Under the pieces are notes generated by a model, which saw only the letters and a list, made by a program, of their open reading frames with translations, searched no databases and was not told the DNA's origin. 64,000 nt of DNA from Deltaproteobacteria bacterium (GTDB lineage: Bacteria > Myxococcota_A > UBA796 > SXON01). The DNA lies in the NCBI GenBank assembly GCA_014191855.1, contig BJHF01000018.1:3990-67989 (forward strand), written 5' to 3'. The position numbers and the translations under genes are program-made. Below, one piece after another: positions 9,007 to 17,054 of the stretch. The first letter of the stretch is position 1. Each line of letters opens with the position of its first letter.

Positions 9007-10090
9007 GGCGGCGCGGTTAGCCCGGCAGGCCGCCACCCGGCTACAGCAGGGCGTGATCCTGCCCGAAGACCTCCGCCGCGCCGACGCCCAGCTCGCCGCG
9101 CTGCATCTGCGCCTCGCGGCCTCGCGCCACCTGAACCCCACCGATGAAGTGGAGGCCCGCGCGCGCTTTCTTCGCGGCGGGCCCGCCCGATTTCGGTACC
9201 TCCCCCTCACCGACGCCGACGACCTCCTCCGCGGCTGCGAAACGATCCGTCCCCCGCTCGATCACCCGCTTGGGGTGGAGGTCGCAGCCGCGCGCGACGA
9301 GCTGTTCTGCTCGATCGTGGCGCTGCGCGACCGCACCGCGGCCGCCTTCGACGCCTTGGCGGTGGCCAGCGGGTGGTACGACGAAGCGGGCCCTGCGCCC
9401 ACCCGCGCAACACCGGTGCGCCCGCACGACGAGAGTCTGGTCGACCACGACGCGCTGTTGGCGGCGTTTCGGGATGGCCTCGCCGCCGCGGGACACCCCG
9501 ACTGGACCGTGCAGACCGACCCGATCATGAGCGCCCGCGTCGTTGTGGACAGCCCCCGGCGCACGCTCCGGGTGAACCCGCGCGCAGTGGCCTCTCAAAC
9601 TGAAGTTCTCGCGCTCGTGGCGCACGAGATCGGCGTTCACGTGGGGCGCGCCGCCGCCGGCGCACGCCAACCGCTGACGATCTTCGCGAACGGCCTCGCC
9701 CGCTCGCTCGCCACGGAGGAGGGCCTGGCGCTCCACGCCGAAGCCCGGGCCGTCGGCCTCCCGGTCGGCGCGAGCGACCGCCTCGCGCTGCTCGCCGCAG
9801 CCGGGCGGCGCGCGCGTGAGCAGGGGTTCACGGGCTTGTACCGCGGCCTGGAGCCTCTGCTCGGGGCATCCGGAGCCTGGACCACCTGCGTACGTCTCAA
9901 ACGGGGACTCGCCAGCCCCGAAGAGCCCGGCGTATACGCCAAGGATCGGGTCTACTGGGTTGGGTGGTGCCGGGTGTCGGCGTGGCTCGAGGCCGGCGGC
10001 GACGAACGACTCCTCTCGGTCGGCAAGGTGAGCATCGACCACCCGGTGGCCGCCTGGATTGTGGCCGGGTGGATCAATCCACCTGGATGA
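9005..10090 (+). CDS. DUF1704 / QEGLA-motif metallopeptidase (MATCAP-like carboxypeptidase domain)
   Basis: HEIGVH (HExxxH), TEEGLA and late KRGL...YAKDRVYWVG motifs. Start uncertain. Confidence 0.8.
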   Translation: MAARLARQAATRLQQGVILPEDLRRADAQLAALHLRLAASRHLNPTDEVEARARFLRGGPARFRYLPLTDADDLLRGCETIRPPLDHPLGVEVAAARDELFCSIVALRDRTAAAFDALAVASGWYDEAGPAPTRATPVRPHDESLVDHDALLAAFRDGLAAAGHPDWTVQTDPIMSARVVVDSPRRTLRVNPRAVASQTEVLALVAHEIGVHVGRAAAGARQPLTIFANGLARSLATEEGLALHAEARAVGLPVGASDRLALLAAAGRRAREQGFTGLYRGLEPLLGASGAWTTCVRLKRGLASPEEPGVYAKDRVYWVGWCRVSAWLEAGGDERLLSVGKVSIDHPVAAWIVAGWINPPG

Positions 10091-10742
10091 GGCTACCGAA
10101 GCCGGGAAGCTCTTCCTTGAGGAGCGCTTCCACGCCCAGCTTCATCGTCATCACCGACGAAGGGCAGCTTGAGCAGCTCCCGACGAGCCGAACGTACACG
10201 TCGTTGCGCTCGATGCGGAGCAGGGCGATATCGCCACCGTCTCCCTGGAGCGCGGGGCGAACCATCTCGTCGAACAGCTCCTGCACCTGCTCCATGGAGA
10301 ACGCCGGCGGCCCCACCTCATCGCTCGGCGCCGCGGCGCTGACTTCGGCCTCGGGCGGCACCGCTTCGGCCTCGGGCGCGGCGACCGCAGGTGCGGGAAG
10401 CTTGCCCCCCTTCTTCGCCTTTGCCTTCTTCTCGGGAGCTGCCGCGACGGGCTCCTTCTCGGCTGGAGGCTCCGCACCTGGCCCGGTCGGTGGCAGCTCC
10501 GGCGTCGGGGCCGGCGCCGCGGCGACGTCCGGGGCGGCGACGACATCCGCGACGACCGCCGAAGCGGGTGCCGAATCCACGGTCGGGGCGACGACCGGCG
10601 CCGCCACAAAAGCCGCCTTCGGTGGCTCCACCTTCGCCGCCGGAGCGTCGCGCCACGCAGGGGGCGGCGCTGGCGCGTGGGCGGGCTTTACCTCCACCCC
10701 CATCAGGCGCTTCAGTCCGGTCTTCAGGGCGCTACGAATCAT
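10074..10742 (-). CDS. NifU-C/Nfu domain Fe-S carrier with long Pro/Ala-rich N-terminal extension
   Basis: C-terminal VRPALQGDGGDI...VRLVGSCSSCPSS (CxxC). Confidence 0.85.
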   Translation of the reverse strand: MIRSALKTGLKRLMGVEVKPAHAPAPPPAWRDAPAAKVEPPKAAFVAAPVVAPTVDSAPASAVVADVVAAPDVAAAPAPTPELPPTGPGAEPPAEKEPVAAAPEKKAKAKKGGKLPAPAVAAPEAEAVPPEAEVSAAAPSDEVGPPAFSMEQVQELFDEMVRPALQGDGGDIALLRIERNDVYVRLVGSCSSCPSSVMTMKLGVEALLKEELPGFGSLIQVD

Positions 10743-10867
10743 GAAAAGTCCTCAGGGCGATGCGACCAATATACTCGCCAGGCCCGAGTCGGCTGGTAGT
10801 CTGCCGCACGGGGCCCGACTGTCGTAGCCGCGCCATGTGATAGGCTGCACTTCCTGTCGGAATCCGT

Positions 10868-11260
10868 ATGTCGCTCCCGCATGTCCGTATCGTCGCCGCC
10901 GAAGTTGAGGTGAACGGTGCGTTCCTGATCACGCAACGCCGAGCCGAGGCTGAGTTGCCGCACCTGTGGGAGTTCCCCGGGGGGCGGGTTCGGGAGGGCG
11001 AAAGCGACAGCGAAGCCCTCCGCCGCACGCTGCGGGACCGTATCGGCGTTGACACCCAGGTTGGCCACCGCGTGCTGCACGTCACCCACGCCTACCCGGC
11101 CTACACCCTGGATATGGTGGTATATCGCTGCGGCATTATCGGCGAAAGCCAGCCGCTCCGGGTGGCCGATGTTCGCTGGGTGCGCCCCGAAGAGTTCGGC
11201 GATTACCGCTTCCCCGGCGCCGACCAGCAGACCGTGGACAAGCTGCTGCGAGATACCTGA
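10868..11260 (+). CDS. NUDIX hydrolase, MutT/NudG-like
   Basis: WEFPGGRVREGESDSEALRRTLRDRIG (degenerate Nudix box) and FPGAD. Confidence 0.85.
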   Translation: MSLPHVRIVAAEVEVNGAFLITQRRAEAELPHLWEFPGGRVREGESDSEALRRTLRDRIGVDTQVGHRVLHVTHAYPAYTLDMVVYRCGIIGESQPLRVADVRWVRPEEFGDYRFPGADQQTVDKLLRDT

Positions 11261-11336
11261 CCGTCGGGTTCGCGCTTCTGCCGACCCGCGTGCCGGCCGC
11301 CGCACCGTCGCGAACAGGCGAACGCCGGGCTCGCCC

Positions 11337-12341
11337 CTACGGTGCCGCAGGCGCGTCGGGCGCCGGCGGCGCGGCCAGCTCCTCCCGCAGCACCTTCGGC
11401 AGGGACTTGATCTTGCTCCCGTTCTCGCCCTCGGGGTCGCCCGGGAAGCTCGTCGCGAGGCCGGCGCGCCGGGCGCGCTCCATGTCGAGGATCCGCAGCA
11501 CCTCGTAGGTCGTGTCCGGCACCCGCACAGACACGTAAATCAGCCGCTCCCCACGCCAATACCAGGCCTTCACCGAACCATCCCACCGCCCGGCCCCGAA
11601 GCGAGCCTTCAGCCCTTCACGAAGGCGGAAGCTCGCCGCATCCCCCTCGACGCGGATCTCGCCGCCGTAGAGGCCTTCGTCGTCCTCGAAGTCGTACGCG
11701 ATACGGCAGTCGATCCCCATGCACTGCACGTTGTCATCGATCATACGGGTGTAATGCCGTGTATTTCGATAGCTCGACGACAGCCGGGGCTCCAACACGC
11801 GGCTCGATGGTTCACCGAACACGACGCCTGCGAAGGAAGCCTCGATGTCTTCGGTCGCGGGCACGGAGGCGGGCGGCGCCACGAGGGTGAACGTGTACTT
11901 TGGCTCGATGTTCCTGCCGCCGTGCAGGATCGCGCCCGTCTGGCGTTTGTGAAGCGTGCTGGCGACACATCCCGCCAGGGCCGCGTCTCCGGAGCCCGCG
12001 GCAACCTTGATCACACCGGTGATCGGAATCGACACCGTCGCCGCGGCGCTCGCCCCCGCGACCGCGCCCGCCTTGAGCGCACAATCGGCGATCACCGGTG
12101 AATAATCCCGAACCAGCGTGTCCGCCTCGACCAGATCGGCGCGCCGATCCTTGCGCACCTCCATCACGCGGATCCAGCCCTCGTAGGCCGACTCGCTGTC
12201 GGACTCCGGGGGCGTCGGGTCGCCCCCCTCCGCATCGTCTCCGGCACGGAAAAAGCTCAACCCGTCGGCTACCATCTCCACGCGCTCCGGCGGCTTAGCG
12301 AGCTTCTCATTGGCGAAGACAAAGGAGATCAGGAGGAGCAT
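11337..12341 (-). CDS. Hypothetical exported protein with a possible TonB-C/AgmX-like Cys-paired domain
   Basis: Hydrophobic N-terminus MLLLISFVFA; IADCALK...SGDAALAGCVASTL segment. Confidence 0.6.
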   Translation of the reverse strand: MLLLISFVFANEKLAKPPERVEMVADGLSFFRAGDDAEGGDPTPPESDSESAYEGWIRVMEVRKDRRADLVEADTLVRDYSPVIADCALKAGAVAGASAAATVSIPITGVIKVAAGSGDAALAGCVASTLHKRQTGAILHGGRNIEPKYTFTLVAPPASVPATEDIEASFAGVVFGEPSSRVLEPRLSSSYRNTRHYTRMIDDNVQCMGIDCRIAYDFEDDEGLYGGEIRVEGDAASFRLREGLKARFGAGRWDGSVKAWYWRGERLIYVSVRVPDTTYEVLRILDMERARRAGLATSFPGDPEGENGSKIKSLPKVLREELAAPPAPDAPAAP

Positions 12342-12368
12342 GGTGCGGTCGGATCCGGGCTGGGGCGA

Positions 12369-12965
12369 TCAGTACGTACGAAACACATGATCCCAGAGCG
12401 TGTTGCTCACCCCGAACTTCCGCTCCACCTTGTTGTGGTGATGGTTCATGTGGTGCGCCCGTAGCCGCTTGAACCAGGCGCCACTAACCGCGCCATGGTG
12501 CACGTAGTAGTGCGTCATGTCATAGCCGATGTACCCGGCGATCATCCCGGCCATGAAGGGCCACACCCAGGCGCCGAGGAGCGTAAAGAACAGCCCGTAG
12601 AACATCGCCGCGAGCACCGCTGCCGCCGCCGGGGGCATGACGAGCCGGTACTTGTCGTTGATGTAGTCGTGGTGCACGCCGTGGAGGAAGAAGTGGAAGC
12701 GCGGGCCCCAGGAGGTGGCCGGCACCCAATGGAAGAGCGTGCGGTGCAGCCAGTACTCGGCGAAGGTCCATACGAACACCCCACCGGACGCGGCCGCGAT
12801 CGAGAGGAGCAGCGGCAGCTCGGGCCCAAGCAGACCGTAGGCGAACGAGGCCGTGAGCGCCGGCACCCACACCACAGGCACGGCGTACCACGGCACGCGG
12901 GAGAACCCGTCGATGAACTTGTTCTCGAACATCGGCGGCGATTCGGGCGTGGCGGGGAAGAACAT
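12369..12965 (-). CDS. Fatty acid hydroxylase / sterol desaturase family (FA2H/Scs7-like, no cytochrome b5 domain)
   Basis: His boxes HRTLFH, HGVHH, HYYVHH and HHMNHHH; FGVSNTLWDHVFRT ending; SRVPWYAVPVVW N-terminus. Confidence 0.88.
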   Translation of the reverse strand: MFFPATPESPPMFENKFIDGFSRVPWYAVPVVWVPALTASFAYGLLGPELPLLLSIAAASGGVFVWTFAEYWLHRTLFHWVPATSWGPRFHFFLHGVHHDYINDKYRLVMPPAAAAVLAAMFYGLFFTLLGAWVWPFMAGMIAGYIGYDMTHYYVHHGAVSGAWFKRLRAHHMNHHHNKVERKFGVSNTLWDHVFRTY

Positions 12966-12995
12966 CCAAGAGCCCTATCCGACCACCCGCGCGTG

Positions 12996-13847
12996 TCAAA
13001 CCACGGCGTCCCTTGCCGCATTCATCACGCCGATCCGTTGACCGACGAGCACGGGTTCCCCCGGCTGGACCGTCCAGCTCATCCGACCGGGCGGGAACAA
13101 CAACACGACGGTGGACCCCATCTCAAAGCGGCCGATCTCCTGGCCGGCCTCCAACACGAACGGCGGCGAGACGTCTCGCTCAACCCGTTCTTTCCCCCCG
13201 GTATTGGAGACGATCGGATCGAACACCATCCGGATCCGGCCGACGCCGAACGCGCCGACCATCACCAGGGCGAGCTCGCCGCACGCCGTGTCGATCATCG
13301 CCGTGAGCCGCTCGTTCCGCGAGAACAAGAACGGGATCTTCCGCGTAGCGGCTGGGAACACCGGCCACAGGGCGCCCGGGACGTACTGCATCCGGGTGAC
13401 GCGACCCGCCTGCGCGGTGTGCACGCGGTGGTAGTCCCGCGGCGAGAGGTAGATCACCGCGTAGCTCCCGCCCTCGTAGCCCTCGCGGCCCGCGAGCAGC
13501 TCCTTGGCGGAGAAGTGCTGCGACTCGCTCTGCGGGATCTTGTCGTCCGTGACCGTTCCGCAGGCGTAGACGAGCCCATCGGCGGGGCTGGTGACGGCCG
13601 CAGGATCGGGATCCACCGGGCGAAGGCCCGGCTTCAGCTCCCGCGTGAAGAAGTCCACCACCGAAGTGAAGCTCTCGAAGGGGGCGGCAACGTCGGAGAG
13701 GTTGACGTTGTACTTCCAGATGTACCACCGCAGGAAGAGGCGGAGCAGCGGCCCGGGGAGCCGCAGCCGCGCCAGCCAGCCCATGCAGCCGGAGACCGCG
13801 TGCTTCGGCACCAGGGAGAGCGCGGAGACGATCAGGGCGTCTTTCAT
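12996..13847 (-). CDS. psd: Phosphatidylserine decarboxylase proenzyme
   Basis: FFTRELK, SPADG, YLSPRDYHRVH and GRFEMGST self-cleavage motif. Confidence 0.93.
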   Translation of the reverse strand: MKDALIVSALSLVPKHAVSGCMGWLARLRLPGPLLRLFLRWYIWKYNVNLSDVAAPFESFTSVVDFFTRELKPGLRPVDPDPAAVTSPADGLVYACGTVTDDKIPQSESQHFSAKELLAGREGYEGGSYAVIYLSPRDYHRVHTAQAGRVTRMQYVPGALWPVFPAATRKIPFLFSRNERLTAMIDTACGELALVMVGAFGVGRIRMVFDPIVSNTGGKERVERDVSPPFVLEAGQEIGRFEMGSTVVLLFPPGRMSWTVQPGEPVLVGQRIGVMNAARDAVV

Positions 13848-13864
13848 CGCGGCGCCGATAACCT

Positions 13865-14896
13865 GTGGTTAGCCCCGCGCGGATGCCGGTGTGGTCTTGC
13901 GCGCTCCCCGCCCCGCCGGTGCCCTCCCCGCGGATCCTTCGGGTAGTAGACCGGATCTGGGCGGAGATGCTGCGTGAACCACGGATGGCAGGGCCCACCC
14001 TGTCGGCCGGGCTGAGGGCAGAGCGGAGCCTGGGCAGCAAGGAGCGGCCCGTCGCCGGCGACATGCTTACGGGGATGATCCGCCATGAACGGGCGCTGCT
14101 CCGCATCGACCCCGACCCCATCCGCGCGTGGCTCCGCATCGCCGAGGAGGGGATCCCCGACCTGCCCGACCCGCCCAACGCCTACGCCATCGCTACCTCC
14201 ATCCCCGACGCGCTGGCCGACGAGTGGTGGCAGCGGCTCGGCGCCGACCGCGCGCTGGTCCTGGCGCGCACCCTCGCGGGGCGCGCGCCGGTCTGGCTCC
14301 GGGCGCTCCGCGAGCCGGTGGAGATCCCGGTCGCGCACACGCGCGAGGGCGCGGCAATTCGGCTGGATGCCAAAGCGAACATCAACACCTTCGAGGCGTT
14401 CCGGGAGGGTCGCATCGAGGTTCAAGACCTCGGCAGCCAGCGCATCGCAGAGGCGGCGTTCCTCGGTGTCGGCAGCACCGTGCTCGACCTCTGCGCGGGT
14501 GCTGGCGGCAAGTCGCTGACGCTGGCGGCGCTCGGCGCGAAGGTCACGGCCTGGGACGTTCGGCCGGCCGCGCTCCGAGAGCTGGCCGACCGCGCGCGGC
14601 GGGCCAATCTCGACATCCGCATCGGCGAGCCCACGGGACGGTACGATCTGGTGGTCGTCGACGCCCCGTGCAGCGGCACCGGGGTGCTGCGCCGCCACCC
14701 GGAGAACCGGTGGAAGCTGCGTTTCCCGACAGACCTTCAGCGGTCGCTCCTCGCTCGTGCCCGCACCCTGGGCGGCAGCGTTGTGTACGCGACCTGCTCA
14801 TTGGCGCAGCGGGAGAACGAGGAGATCGCCGGGGAAGGCACCACGCTTTGGCCCGAAGAGGGCGGCAGCGAGGGCTACTTCTGGGCGGTAGGCTGA
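13865..14896 (+). CDS. RsmB/NOP2 family RNA m5C methyltransferase
   Basis: VQDLGSQ, DLCAGAGGK, DAPCSGTG and VYATCSL motifs. Start uncertain, may lie downstream. Confidence 0.87.
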   Translation: MVSPARMPVWSCALPAPPVPSPRILRVVDRIWAEMLREPRMAGPTLSAGLRAERSLGSKERPVAGDMLTGMIRHERALLRIDPDPIRAWLRIAEEGIPDLPDPPNAYAIATSIPDALADEWWQRLGADRALVLARTLAGRAPVWLRALREPVEIPVAHTREGAAIRLDAKANINTFEAFREGRIEVQDLGSQRIAEAAFLGVGSTVLDLCAGAGGKSLTLAALGAKVTAWDVRPAALRELADRARRANLDIRIGEPTGRYDLVVVDAPCSGTGVLRRHPENRWKLRFPTDLQRSLLARARTLGGSVVYATCSLAQRENEEIAGEGTTLWPEEGGSEGYFWAVG

Positions 14897-15876
14897 CTCC
14901 GGATTGTGGCGCCGCACAGCTTGTAAAACAGCCGGGCGGCCACGTTGCCGTCCCAAGCGTTGTCGCCGATCTCGTTCACATCGAAGCCGACGATGTGCCG
15001 ACGAGCGCTGAGCACCCGGAGCAGCGTCTGCACCTGGCGCCAGTCGAGGCCCCCCGGCACCGGCGTGCCCGTGTTCGGGCAGAGGGTCGGCTCCATCCCG
15101 TCCACGTCGAAGGTGATGTACACGCGCTGCGGGAGCGACTCGACGATCTCGTCCACGATGCGCGCCCACGGCTCCCCAGAAGCGAGCCGCTGCGCGAGGT
15201 CCGGGTCGAAGTAGGTGTGGAGCCTTGGCTCTTCCCGAATCAACGCAACCTCGGCGCTCCCCACGTCCCGGATCCCCACCTGCGTGACACATGATACATC
15301 TGAAATGTATCGCAGCACATTGTAGAGGATGCTCGCGTGGCTCCACGTGAAGCCTTCGTAGGCGACGCGGAGGTCGGCGTGGGCGTCGATGTGCAGAATG
15401 CCCACGTCCGGAAAATGCTCAGCTACCGCGCGGATCGCCCCGAACGGCGTGGAGTGGTCGCCGCCGATCAGCGCCGGAATGTGCCCGGCCGCCAAGGCTC
15501 GGCTCGCGGCCTGATACACCGCGTCGTTCACGCATTCGGAGAGCACGTTCACCCGCGCCGCCGAACCCGGCGCGTTCCCCAGGCTCTCAATCACGGCGAG
15601 CGCGTCGGGCTCCGCCTCGGCGTCCCACACCCGGAACCGGGGATCCTCAGGGAGCAGCGCGATCCCTTCCCGCCAGAAGTCGCCGTACTCGAGATCGAAC
15701 AGGTCTACCTGCAACGACGCCTCGATCATCGCCTCCGGACCTTCGCGCGTGCCGCGCCGGAAGCTGGTCGTCGCCTGCCAAGGCACGGCCTGCACCACAA
15801 TCCGGCTTTGTTCCGGGGTGAACGGCAAACCGAAGAGGCCGCCTTCCGCGGCGGGGGCGTCGGGGTCGAAGGACAT
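14875..15876 (-). CDS. Agmatinase / arginase family ureohydrolase
   Basis: GGDHS, DAHADLR, HAS, DVDGMEP and TGTPVPGG Mn-binding motifs. Confidence 0.9.
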   Translation of the reverse strand: MSFDPDAPAAEGGLFGLPFTPEQSRIVVQAVPWQATTSFRRGTREGPEAMIEASLQVDLFDLEYGDFWREGIALLPEDPRFRVWDAEAEPDALAVIESLGNAPGSAARVNVLSECVNDAVYQAASRALAAGHIPALIGGDHSTPFGAIRAVAEHFPDVGILHIDAHADLRVAYEGFTWSHASILYNVLRYISDVSCVTQVGIRDVGSAEVALIREEPRLHTYFDPDLAQRLASGEPWARIVDEIVESLPQRVYITFDVDGMEPTLCPNTGTPVPGGLDWRQVQTLLRVLSARRHIVGFDVNEIGDNAWDGNVAARLFYKLCGATIRSQPTAQK

Positions 15877-15885
15877 CCGCTGCGG

Positions 15886-17031
15886 CTAACCCCGGTTGCG
15901 CCCGAGGCGTTCGTGGGCCGCCGCAAAGTCGTCGCCGAGGAAGCTGGCCGCGAGGTTGATGTCCCCCGCTAGCAACGCCCCTGCGACCACACACGCCAGC
16001 TCGCGCGCGCCTTTCACGCCGATCAACGCCTGGCACTCCGCCGCCGTCCCCTTCCGGGTGCCCCCGCCCACCGTCGCCACATGCAGCGACGGCAGATCGA
16101 GAGAAGCGAGCAGGTCCCCGCCGCGACACTCGAGGGAGAGTGTGGAGGTGCAGCTCTCGGCGACGTACGCGGCGTCCTGCCCGGTGGCCACGTAGATCCC
16201 GGCGAGACCATTCGCCACCTGCAAGGCGTGGTTCGCCGTGCCCATCCGCGCGTACGAAAGGTGGTAGTCCGTCCACAGCTCCGCGATCGCATCAGGCGTG
16301 GTCCGAAGCCGCGCAACCACCAGGTCCCGCGGGATCGTGCACTCCGCCACCACCCACTTCCCGCGCCAGTGCCGGGTGCTGGCTCGTTTCTCCGGGTCGT
16401 ACCCGTGCAGCGCCACCCGCGGCGATCCCGGAATCTCCGCCACCAACGCGCTCACCGCGCGGTTCACCATGTTGGCGCCCAGGGCATCGCCGGTGCTCAT
16501 TCGGAACGTCAACATCAGCCGCCGGCCGAGCAGCTCCCAGCCGAGCTCGGTCACCTTCCCGTGGCTGGTGGTGGCCTCGGCGATGGCAATCAGCCGCTCC
16601 CGCTCCCTGTCCACAAAACCACCCGCTGCCAACGCCTGATCCACGCCTTCGAAGGCGAGGAGCGGAAACAACGCATACCCGTCCCGCAGCACCCGCACGG
16701 TGATCCCGCCCGCATCGGCGCACAACCCAAAGCCTCGCTGATAACTGGCGACCATCGTGCCTTCCGTCGTTGCGAACGGCACCGCGAATTCCCCCTCCAC
16801 GTCGCCCCGAAGCCGCAGCGGGAACGCGACGCCCACCGGCACCTGGGCAAAGCCAATCAGCCCCTCGATGTTGCCCCGGGCGGCCTCGGGCGCAACGGAC
16901 GCACCGCCCAGCAGCGGACTCGTCCAACCCGGGCGGCGTTCCTCCAGAAACGCCCGACGCGCCTCCACGGCCAAGGCAGACCAGTCATCCAGGGCATCAC
17001 GCGGCGGCGATGGAGAGCGCGACTGAGACAT
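15886..17031 (-). CDS. hmgA: Class I (NADPH-type) HMG-CoA reductase
   Basis: FATTEG, TGDALGANMV, GQDAAYVAES, VATVGGGT and C-terminal HERLGR catalytic motifs. Confidence 0.88.
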   Translation of the reverse strand: MSQSRSPSPPRDALDDWSALAVEARRAFLEERRPGWTSPLLGGASVAPEAARGNIEGLIGFAQVPVGVAFPLRLRGDVEGEFAVPFATTEGTMVASYQRGFGLCADAGGITVRVLRDGYALFPLLAFEGVDQALAAGGFVDRERERLIAIAEATTSHGKVTELGWELLGRRLMLTFRMSTGDALGANMVNRAVSALVAEIPGSPRVALHGYDPEKRASTRHWRGKWVVAECTIPRDLVVARLRTTPDAIAELWTDYHLSYARMGTANHALQVANGLAGIYVATGQDAAYVAESCTSTLSLECRGGDLLASLDLPSLHVATVGGGTRKGTAAECQALIGVKGARELACVVAGALLAGDINLAASFLGDDFAAAHERLGRNRG

Positions 17032-17054
17032 GCGCCCGTGTATCGGCGCCGGGC

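Noticed and set aside
15339-15354. Additional parS-like palindromes (GGCTCCACGTGAAGCC; also near 39240)
   Set aside because: Four or more mismatches at conserved flanking positions; only the CACGTG core matches.
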